This document shows positions 53,542 through 64,000 of a stretch of DNA of 64,000 nucleotides, piece by piece. Within the stretch, counting starts at the first letter, position 1. Every line of letters starts with the position of its first letter. Source of the stretch: Epiperipatus broadwayi (Eukaryota; Animalia; Onychophora); NCBI GenBank assembly GCA_028023455.1, contig JAQFVV010000007.1:15810001-15874000 (forward strand), written 5' to 3'. Position numbers and translations under genes: made by a program. The notes beneath the pieces were generated by a model. It was not told the origin of the DNA. It made no database searches and saw only the letters and a program-made list of their open reading frames with translations.

Positions 53542-54042
53542 ATAATGTCTATACTAAACTTAAGTAATTATAAGGGACTTGAACTCGAACTTTCAAGCTC
53601 CCTACATTTATCCAATTTATCTTATACAACTGGTGCATATTACCACATACATGTGAAAAAGATAAAGGGTTTCCAATATACATATTTCATGCTGAACCAG
53701 TACTCATCAGTTGGTAAAAATCATCATCTCTCACACATGTATACAATCAGTGCTCACTTTATATTAGGATATCAAATCTTTAATGAACAAGTTTCACTCT
53801 TCTCCACTTTCCAACTCCTCGGCCATCCAGTTCATTGAAAATTTGAGGTTGGAATGCTCAAAACCCTTATTGATGCCAATATTATTGTCACATCTATGTT
53901 AACCTTAATCAATCTGATCCCTCACACATAGGACCTTAATATATCCATTTAATTTTACAGAAGAGGGATGGGCAGAATACAGGGTGAATATGTAATATTT
54001 AAATATATGCATAATGTCTATACTAAATTTAATGTAATTATA
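53542..54042 (-). mobile_element. Family A element: 469-bp monomer plus ~31-45 bp terminal redundancy
   Basis: ATAATGTCTATACTAAA.TTAA.GTAATTATA at 53542 and 54011; body aligns with 872-1318 and 3526-3925. Confidence 0.88.
53673..53714 (-). ncRNA. Minimal type-I hammerhead, family A, intact core
   Basis: CCAA CUGAUGA GUACUG GUU CAGCAU GAAA UAUGUAUA UUGG; AUA site, self-complementary AUAUGUAU. Confidence 0.85.
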
Positions 54043-54149
54043 TAGATATTAATGTGAAAAAATACTTGTACAGAGCTTAAATATAAAATTTAATAATACT
54101 TATTGTACAGAGTATATTTTTGACACTTTCATGTCATAGCAAGCACTAA

Positions 54150-54600
54150 TCATTTAATCTCATGACATGGCCAACTGCTAGGTCAATTTATACATGCAAA
54201 TCTATAATAATCAGTGACTAGTTTAATCCATGTTTATCTGCATGTGGATATACTAATGTATTTGGTAATATCCATTTTAGTCATGCTTTGATAAAGATAC
54301 ACCTACATCTCATCGTTGAAAGCTTGGTTGAGCATTATAATAAATATTGTTTTATAGCAAAATTTATTGCCATAATAGTTGATAATTATCTACATACTCT
54401 TTTAGAATTTATTTTATTATATATATTATTCTTATTAACTTTATCATAACAAAATTGCTCTTTGTATTGGAAATATTCTTTTTTCTTAGGTTCTGTGATG
54501 TTTTTTCGTAATATACATTTTTGATATTTAATTATTAGAAGATAAACTTTGTATATAAAAACTAAATTATAGCCAACGATAAATAGTGTGATCAAAATAT
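54150..54600 (-). pseudogene. Possible highly decayed PLE thumb / endonuclease region
   Basis: ITLFIVGYNLVFIYKV...EPKKKEY resembles F..NGYP..FI.K; downstream TSH*LL*I is only faintly GIY-YIG-like. Confidence 0.3.
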
Positions 54601-57600
54601 TAAAGTTAGCTTTGTAGAATGATAAATATGGTTTTTGTCTTTGAAAACAAAATTAATTTTCACTAACTATTTCTTTAGCATTTAGGCATGAGAGTTAATT
54701 GATAATTGGTGTTGTTATAGAAATATAATCTGCTTATTGTTAAATCCTTGGCTATAACATTTTGAGTAATCAAACTATGTATCTTGGTGATGGGCAGTTG
54801 TGGCAATAACTAACTACTGACCACTGTTATTAAATTAATCTGTAGAAAGAGTAAAATATTTTGACTGCAGAATGGTTGACTAATCAGATGGGCATGTCAC
54901 TTAACCATGAAAATCTCATTCTATTATATCAAGTCATACCATCACAACCCTTTATTGTGTTACAGTGTATATAATATAAATGGGATAAAATACATTAAAA
55001 AAATAAATGTCCTAACAAATTATGTATAAAGGCTTTTATAATTCTAAGCAAAAGGAATGATATTTGTGATTTCGTGTTTCTATTGTAGGTTTAGCAGCCA
55101 TGATTTATAATGTTTATATGTCATAATGTTAACTGCTTGCATATAAATAAATCAGCTCATATAAAACAATTGTTTCAATGAAATAAATGTTTTAGATAAT
55201 AAAGTAAAGGCAATCACGCCTTATTGTGGTTAGAGTTACAGACCCACTAGTTACTACCTTAAACTTTTCATTAGGTAAATTTAGATTGAATTTATAATAG
55301 ATTTAGTTAATTCAGATGAGATGACAATGTCTCATATCATTACAGCATGACTTTATGTTAAATAATTCTCTCATGGTTATCTTTAGCACCATTTTATTGA
55401 CTCTACATTTAACAGTAATAACTGGAACCAAAATGTTTATTTATTAATTAAAAAAACAATTCTTAAGATATCAGCATTACATAGAAAAAATTATTGCAAA
55501 TTAGCTGACAGCAGACAAAGCAAGAGAAATCACCGTCATATAGACCCAATTTGTAATTACTTGAATGAGAATACACTCATATTGACAGTAGCAGGTTTAT
55601 TTTTATCATTTTTTTAAAAAATAAAATTTTAAATTTAAGTATAATTTTGTTAGCTTTAAGTAATCTGGACAATAATTCATTCAGATTTTACAAACTAAGA
55701 TAAAACCATACTGAAAAATTCTTTGATAACCATCTAATACAAAGAATGTTATTGCTTTTTACAAGTCATATGTATTCATTATATATTCACTAAAGATATT
55801 TAATAATATAAAATTATATATGTGTGTATGTAAAATTAGTAAAAATAAAAGACAATAAAAGTCTGTTTAGAAATGATTAAAATTCATAATATGTTATGCA
55901 AATATCAAAATAATCTGGATCTGCTAATTTGCATGGAGATAATAATAAAACTGTTACTGAAAATTATATCTCAAACAAAATGGACTATCTAAAATGCCAG
56001 CAGAACATTAAGAACTTAACCAGAGGGCAGTGTAAGGTAAGTCATAAGATGCTTATGAATCTGGCAGTCAGTGAGCAATGAAATATGCTGAAGAAATCTT
56101 TGTAGTGTAAAGTTAATGAGCAGAGCATACTGTATTAGAAATGCAACATTATAGCTTAATACTTAAAGAATGTGTATGTTTAATTAAGAGTGACAAAATT
56201 TATGTAAGTCAAACAGCAAGTTGATATTTGAAAGTTTAACAAGCTACTAATATTACATATGTAGAGTAATCAACTAAATCTTCTTTGTATGTTTGTATTA
56301 TTTTCAAAATAATAATGAGTGTACAGATAGCTTAGCTGGCTTAGGTCAAATCTGGACACTGTGTACATTAGTATTTCACTTTTAATTTTTTTTATATATA
56401 TTTGTAAAGTTGAACTATTTTTAAGAATAATTTTTGTTTGTAAACATACATTCTAACAAGTAATTCAAATTTCTGAAAATATAATAAAGATAAATTTGAT
56501 AAAGTAAAAATTTGTAAATTTAATCCAGTCTGCTGATAGGGATTCTCAAAAAATATAAACAATTAAGAATTAATATTTTGGGACACAAGTTGAATTTTCC
56601 AACATACAGTATTCTCATACATAAATTGATAACCCACTGGGTCATGAGACACACATAATGGCATTTACCTAGTTATTTTATCAATATGTAAAATGATAAT
56701 CCAACTTAAGGCCTAAATTGACCAGTGTTACACACATACACATGTGCGCGCACACACACACCAACACATGTATTCCCATGTTAAATTCAGGCTGGTGAAT
56801 GAAAAATTTTTTGTCCAATTTTTGTCTGAGTAAAAAACAAACAAGATTTGAAAGAATTGAAAGAAATTGCTATGAAGCTGAATATCTTAGCCTTTAAGTG
56901 AATTCCTCAAGCTTAGTAGGTTTATGATCTCTAATCATTCACTTTTGCCACTTACTTTTAGTAGATTCATATAAGTTGTAAACAAACTAATATACTATTT
57001 AAATTAATATTAAATTAAAGGATTGATTGTAATGATAAACAATTGATTAAATAATTAGAGAAATATGAAACTTTTCCAATGGTGATGTTATATTCATTCA
57101 TACATTTGACAGACAGTATATGAATCTCACCTGACCTATACATATTACCTTTTAGCTAATATTAACATCATCTGTGTTTTTTATTACCTTTACATGCTTT
57201 TTTTACAACCTAATATGACAATTTCGATTGTCCCAGCAATCTTTTTATATCCCTAAATCTTATATTTTTAGCTAATGTTAAACTAGATATCTGATTTCAA
57301 ATCTAATACTTGATGGGTAATTGAATTAAATATGGATATTCAAGCTTTGGGGTGGCTTGAAAAAAATTCCAAAATTCACTTTGCCTACAAATGAAACATG
57401 CCCATGTTTTTTTTTGTTCAAGCCACTTTTAAGATAGCTCCTATAGCTAATAAATTTGTTAATAAGTTCTCTGTCTAAAGTCCAGTTCAATGATTACCAC
57501 CTTTGAGCACTGAATAATATATTAATAGTCTTTTGTTGTTCTTATATGTTAGTCTTTTTATAAAATTAATTTATAATGTTTATATTATATTGGGCATTAT

Positions 57601-58315
57601 CATATTGGAATCAACTCCTGGGAATTACGGAAATAGAATTGTTCTGGAACATCCTGTCATCATCTCTCATTATTCCTCATCCTTTGTTTCATTATAATTT
57701 ATAGATATTCTATAAATATAGAAATATGATTATGGTGTACCACTCTTTATGGATGAATAAGCAAATGGCTTTAGCTCACTTGCGATTGATTAGATAGTCA
57801 TTTTGTTATTAATTCTTTACATAATCCGTAATATATGTGTGCAAGCGTACACACGCCAACACATACATTCTTAAGTAAATGTATAACGGTTTTGCTAATA
57901 TTGCACAATATTAGAGCATTTATTATAGTAATTATAAAACTAACTTGTTTTTTGTTAATAATAAAATTGTCTGTTTTAATAAAATCTCTAAATTTAGATT
58001 AGTTTCATCCATAAACAACAAAAAAAGAAACAATCGTTTTTCCATTGTTTTTTATTCTCTATTGAACTAATTTTGAGATGTTGCAAAATATAAATGTTGA
58101 TAATTACAATGTTTAATTAGTAAATGATTTTTCATTGTGCTTTTAATCAAAGGGGAGGGAACGAGTAATTACTATAAAATATTTGTTGTCAATTTAAAGT
58201 TAAGTTATTAAAAGATAATTTATTTTTTCAGGGCGCCTATTTGTCTGTAAAGTAGAAAATACATAATATATATATTCTCTGATATAGGCGTGTATAGCTA
58301 CATGTGTTAAGAGGT

Positions 58316-58381
58316 GGCCTGGTAGTGAAGTGGTAATGCATCCGCATGTCGTACTTGTGACTTGGATTTGAATCTAAGCCG
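58316..58381 (+). mobile_element. tRNA-derived SINE head
   Basis: GGCCTGG TAGTGAAGTGG ... GGATTTGAATCTAAGCC; acceptor-like ends, A and B boxes. Confidence 0.55.
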
Positions 58382-59560
58382 AATATTTTTTCCGATAGAT
58401 TTAGGGATTGTTTTTTTTAAATTGCCGATAGCAGCACATAGCCCAAACTAACCAATCATATAATAGTTGGTCAATGGCTAACTATATCCATTTTAATTAG
58501 TAAATCATGAGTGCGAAAGACCAAATGTCTCCCTACCCAACAATTGATAAGCTTGTTGAATACTGATTTCTTCACCTTTTCTATATGAGGGATTTTCAGA
58601 AGTATTATTTGTGATGCTAAAACTTTCCTTTCAATATTATATGTTAAATTTAGTCTCGCTATGAGACAAAATTTTTTGTTAGGAATTCATGAAATGAAAA
58701 TATGATAATTTACTGTTGGCACAACCAAATTCAAAAACAACTTATTGTTTCAATACATGGTAAGAGTTAAAGATCACTTTTGGAAAGCTGTAATAAAAAA
58801 TTGGATTTCCTCGTGAATAGGACCAATAGTTAACTAACTAATCTGAGAATCAGTTTGATGCTATAATCAGGTATGCTTTGAGTGCTCATGCTTACATGGA
58901 TGATCATGGCTAGCAAAATGTGGATGATTGTTATCAAACGTAGTTTAAATGCAAGTTAAAGAAGTCATTATTTTGTTATGAACTATAAAACCACTCCATT
59001 TTGAATCAAAATATTAAGATTGGTTGCCTTATTTAATATATGATCCAATACTTTAACATTGAAGTCAGGATTGAGGCATTTGCTTTCAAAATGACTAAAC
59101 GGAGAAAGCACTTTTTCTCCATTGGAAGTTGATCCAAATACTTTTCACTCTTAAATTCATTTAACTAACCAATACTAAGGCTAGCTGCTCAGAGATGTTT
59201 TTAATGGTAATCGGGAAGTGTCATATTTTTACTTTTCTCATGACATTATAGTACACAAAACAATAGTATGCTTGGTGCATTTGGATGTCAGGCCTTGGAG
59301 CATAAATTCCTCAAACTGATTCTAGTTCTGGCACTTACAAGACTAAAATTTTTTATGAATTTCCAAGCAGTAAACATATTCTACTATTATTTTTAACATC
59401 ATAATTTTTGTCTAGTTTCTTTCACTTCTGGTCAAATGATCGATTTAATTGCAATTTGTTTCTTGCCAAATTTTTAATGAAGACTATATATATATTAACA
59501 TGGTTAATCAAATTAATATTAATTACTATTGTTTGATGTTTATGTTCTGTCCATCTAGAA

Positions 59561-59745
59561 CAGTGGATGTCAACCTCCCTAATGTTGTGCCCCTTTAATA
59601 CAGTTTCTTATGTTGTGGTGACCCCCAACTGTTAATTTTGCTACTGTTATGAATTGAAAATGTGTTTTCCAATGGTCTAGGTGACCCCTGTGAAAAGGTT
59701 GTTTGACCCTCAAAGGGATCATGAATGACAGATAGTGAACTGTTG
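59561..59745. mobile_element. hAT MITE resembling SPIN/URR1, with 8-bp TSD ATCTAGAA
   Basis: TSD at 59553-59560 and 59746-59753; CAGTGG..TCAACCT terminus; internal TTTAATACAGTT.CT.ATGTTGTGGTGACCCCCAAC, TTTTGCTACTGTTATGAAT, GACCCCTGTGAAA.GG match the URR1 consensus as I recall it. Confidence 0.85.
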
Positions 59746-61671
59746 ATCTAGAATGTTAGTTTATAATTACAGTCAATGGAAGGTTGTAAATAACTACATA
59801 TGTCTCACATCAAATTGATATAAATAGATCTTGCTGTCAACTATATTTAATAGTATTTAGTACATAGATATACTCAGCTTCATAACAACCAATCTATTAT
59901 GCATATGTACTTTTTGTTGTAACAGCTGTTTATATATATATATATATATGTATACCCCATTGCTATTATAAACATTGTATATCACACACACATATATATA
60001 TATGCACATACTTTTTATCGTATAATGTTACTGCTTATAATCTTTTTTCTACAACAAAATAAATCACAGTATATAATATTGGTATTTTTATTAATTTGTA
60101 ATATCTTCATTTATACATCTCTGACAATATTGTGTGGTACATTGCATATTTGACCATTTAAATATAATGACAAAGTTGTATTCAAATCAGTTGTGATGGA
60201 ATGTAATCTCATCCTAATTTGATATCTCCTGCATTCCTCTCATATCATAATATCAGAAATTTAACGTTTATAATTCTGGAGTTTTTTTGATAATATTGAT
60301 GACTTACATATGAATATGTTATTAACATTTTCAACACCTAACATTCAAAATTTAAAAGTTTTTTTTAATTATGATGGACTGTTAAGTGGGTTATTCAAAT
60401 TAGATAAAGATGTGTATCTGTAGTCAATGATGAACATATATTTTTTAATGCTATCAGCTTATTTGTCTATCTATATATTCTGCAGGATGGAAGCTTTTTA
60501 AACAGGACTATGTTACACTGACCAAGTAACTATCATGCATTTTCAAAAAAAATATTTGCTTTCTCTTGTGCAACTTTTATAAAATAGTACTTTGCTAGGG
60601 TTGTATCATTTTATTTGGTATCGGAATTCTGATTCTTTAGTTACCCTTTTTTACATTCTTTTGTCTGAGTGATGATTGATATATGAAAAAAATCCTTTGT
60701 TAAAGATTCATGTGTATATTTAGAATATATATTTATTATTTTGCATATTACAATCTTACCTCAACTTGTATACCCAATAACAATTAGATAAATATTCAAT
60801 AAAGATAAATGTGGTTTTAGAATCAGAGAATTTCATAAACTTACTGATGTTATCACATTTATATTTAAGAAACTCCTTAGAAATATTTAAAAAAGTGAAG
60901 ACAATCTCTGGTTTGGTAAGAGGCACAATGAGCAGATGAAAATTAATGGGATCTGAAGATACTTGGCATCGTAATTAAATGTAACAAGATGCCAGCTAGG
61001 TCCTATGGTAGTTTGAAGGGTTATGTAATATTAAAGTAATTAACTTTCAAACTACCAATGATAATCAAACCAAGTACCATCTACTGTTTAGTAATTGTTT
61101 CATTGCAATACCTCTTTTAGTTAACTTGGTAACCTTTCTAGATATCATAATCCATTCCTAAATGATTATTGAAAGATATGATCTGTTAAAGATAGCTTCT
61201 ATTCATATCTAATTCTGGTAAGGGTCATATTTCCATGCAGTATCTTCTAATGAATGGCTATCTTGTGAACTTTATCCTATCCTTTTTACATTTCAACTAA
61301 ATCTTTCCTGTTATTTCCTGCTATTGCTTCTTGAATCATTTCCCAACAATGAATGATCCAATAGTCAAGATATTTGTTGTAACAATGTATAGAATTTCAT
61401 TGAAGAACCAGGAAGACATTTTTAAATAACAGGAGCATATCTTTTAAAAACAATGAACCATTTTTTTTTACACTAGGGTATTTATTTTCTGTGATTTGTG
61501 AATGTCAAAGTTCGATTTTGAAAATGGTGGTGCTTTTGAATCAAGACAGTGACTTAGATTTGAGAATTTCATGAATGGTAATGAAAATGTATAGTTAATA
61601 CTTAAATAGATTTGTTCTGAACACTTACTTGAAGGACAGAAAACTAAGTTGAAATAGTCTTATTTTGGCAC

Positions 61672-62075
61672 ATCATAAGATGATTTAATTTATTGAAAAA
61701 ATACATAATGCTTGGAAGAGTTGATAATAAAAGAAGAGAGTGAACAGCAATAAAATGGTTGACATTCTCATCAATGAGTGTGCTTGGTAGAATGGAAGAA
61801 TGCTGTTCATATGGCTGTCAGGAGTTGGTGTTGGCTCAACTACATGATAATAATAAATAATTTCATAAAGAAATACCATGACATGAAGAAAAATCATATC
61901 ATAAGATGTTTGTTGGAAAATATATATAATGCTTGGAAGAATTGAAAAGAAGAGGGTGAGCAATAGTAAAATGAGTTGACATTCTCAACAATGAGGGTCT
62001 TGGTAGATCAAATGGAAGAATCCCTGTTCATATGGCTATCATGACTTAGTATTAACTTAACCACATAAAGAAGTA
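61672..62075. repeat. Diverged direct repeat, period ~220 bp (probably LINE-derived)
   Basis: ATAATGCTTGGAAGA.TTGA..AAGAAGAG.GTGA.CA..A.TAAAATG.GTTGACATTCTCA.CAATGAG twice. Confidence 0.8.
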
Positions 62076-62420
62076 CCCTAATATGAAAGCATTGACTACT
62101 ATTCTACCACTTTATGTGAAAGTAATTTCAATTACAAGCAAAATAGTTGTGTAAATAATATGAATTGATAAATTTGTCATAAAATCTTTAGTATGAGATA
62201 TTTTTTCATAAGGGGGAGTGGAGATATTGATAGAAAAGTAACCAACTTGGTTTTTGAATAATCTGAAAATTTTAACCTGTTAATAACAAAGATTTAATTA
62301 CTATTATTTGAAAAAAAGTATTTTGGTGATGTGGAATAATGTATTCATATTCATGGCAATTAATGGTGTAACATCCTGTGATTTAACTTCTTGTAGCAAT
62401 ATGCAACACAATTATTTTTG

Positions 62421-63270
62421 TACAAGGGTGTACCCTTCAAAACCCCTAGAATTTTGTAATCAAAAATTGTGTATTTATTTTTAGATGTTACAAATTGAAT
62501 CTCCTTTAAATTCAAATACCGTTCACTTGATGTAGTGCACTGATCTAAAAATGTTTTCCATTTTTCGAAGCAGTCCTGAAATTTTTGCAAAGTAATGTTT
62601 TTTAATTCTTCCATTGTTTTTTTTTTTCTCACCATTTTCAAGTCTGCAAAACCTTTTGTTTTTTGGGACATTTTTTCATTCAGAGAATAAAAAGCCATAC
62701 AAAGTTGAGGTCAGGTAAATGTGGTGGATGGATAAGCTGGGTATGCTGTTTTTGATTAAAATTGTTCCACATTCAAAGCTTTGTGTGCTGGTGCATTGTC
62801 ATGGTATAGATCACATTGACCACTTAGCCACAAAACAAGATGGTTTCATTTTACCATATCATGCAAACATTGCAGAACTTATTGCACTATTTGCATAAAA
62901 TAAACATTATCTTGACATCGGACCTCACTCAGCATGCCTTTTTTAGGATGTGAACTCTTTCATCACTAAACTTATAAACATTTTTTTTTCACAGAGCAAT
63001 ATGCTTGCAAGCTGTTTCAAGCATTACAATTGTTTCTCCTGCTGTTTTCCCTAATAGAAAACAGAATTTCATATAATTTCAACTTTTCAGCAATCAATGA
63101 ACAAGTGAGATACACTTTTAAAAAAAATTGCTAACTGACACCACAACTTCATTTGATGATGCAAGTTAGCAGAAGGTCCCCCAAAAGAAGTATATTGCAG
63201 CACAAGCATGTAATATAATAGGTCTGCCACCAGAGAATAATTCCAGTTTATTTTGGGATACCTCCTCATA
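62421..63270 (-). mobile_element. Internally deleted mariner transposon with TA TSD
   Basis: TIRs TA-CAAGGGTGTACCC..AAAACC..AGAATT and AATTCCAGTTTATTTTGGGATACCTCCTCA-TA; minus strand KFCFLLGKTAGET, VRSDVK, LYHDNAPAH, FQDCFEKWK. Confidence 0.9.
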
Positions 63271-64000
63271 TATGAAATTGTATACATACCAAACTTTATA
63301 TATATATAAAAAATATCATATTTACTCATGGAATAATAATAAGTAAGACCATCATTATTATTCATAATATAGTTTATATGATCTCATCAGGGTCGCAAAG
63401 TGTTTAATGGTAAACATATGAAGGTTTTCCATTTTTGTTTATTCATTTGGCTAAGAGTAGTTAGATCCTCATTTTGATCTTATTTAGAATTAAGTGGATT
63501 TGTCATGAACCAGTTATGTAGAAGAATATTCCTAAGCCGAATAGAATCTGGTACGAAGAGAATTACAAACATTACCCATTCATATATTCGAACATAGGCC
63601 ACAACAATAGCAGACAGATATACACACTCTGTAGATGTTGGCTGTTAATATAGGAATAAGCTGAAGAGAGAGAGGTGTTCACAAGCCTTCACATGATGAC
63701 CATTCGGGGGAAAAACTGATCAGTGGTAAATTTTTGATATATATAAGTTGATTGGTTGGTTAATTGTATTTCTGTTGTATAATGACAGTTTTGTAAAAGC
63801 CATAATTTTAAAGTACCTGAAACTTGATGAAAATGTTTTTATCTAGATACATGTTCACCATAGAGACAAATTAAGCTACGTTACAAACCAATATCAAAAG
63901 TAGCTATACTTTATTTATATTAATTGACTATTTGTGAACAATTTAACGATTAGTGAGAGTAGAAACACTCCCGGATGTAAATATATAAATTAAGGAGGTG

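Noticed and set aside
58500-58535. HHR-like TCATGAGTGCGAAAGACCAAATGTC
   Set aside because: Both core boxes are broken and there is no helix I
60900-61500. R4/Dong-like LINE fragment on the minus strand
   Set aside because: Only a faint LHG..Y-like motif; not supportable
334-63365. Most remaining short ORFs in the track
   Set aside because: Low-complexity F/I/L/Y/K-rich products of AT-rich DNA or fragments of the listed repeats
5400-64000. Further Eph exons (EGF-like, FN3, TM, kinase)
   Set aside because: No matching motifs found by eye; a short exon could have been missed

Overview
AT-rich eukaryotic (arthropod-type) genomic DNA. The only secure host coding sequence is one 661-nt internal exon of an Eph receptor tyrosine kinase (4683-5343, +; ligand-binding domain plus Cys-rich/sushi region). 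No further Eph exon was found, so the remaining ~58 kb is probably intron. It is filled with decayed mobile DNA: RTE and other LINE pieces, Penelope-like (PLE) GIY-YIG remnants, a Merlin transposase, a deleted mariner, MULE- and DIRS-like scraps, a SPIN/URR1-like hAT MITE, tRNA-derived SINE pieces and tandem repeats. The main hidden signal is about a dozen minimal type-I hammerhead ribozyme (HHR) motifs with self-complementary helix III, in three unrelated small non-coding repeat families (my labels A, C, D). Families A and C are ~435-470 bp units with terminal redundancy and fold-back arms, and family A is also circularly permuted, which looks like a PLE-mobilised retrozyme-like system. There is weaker evidence for an antisense gene nested in the intron. 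All alignments, translations and folds were done by eye; repeat boundaries are approximate.
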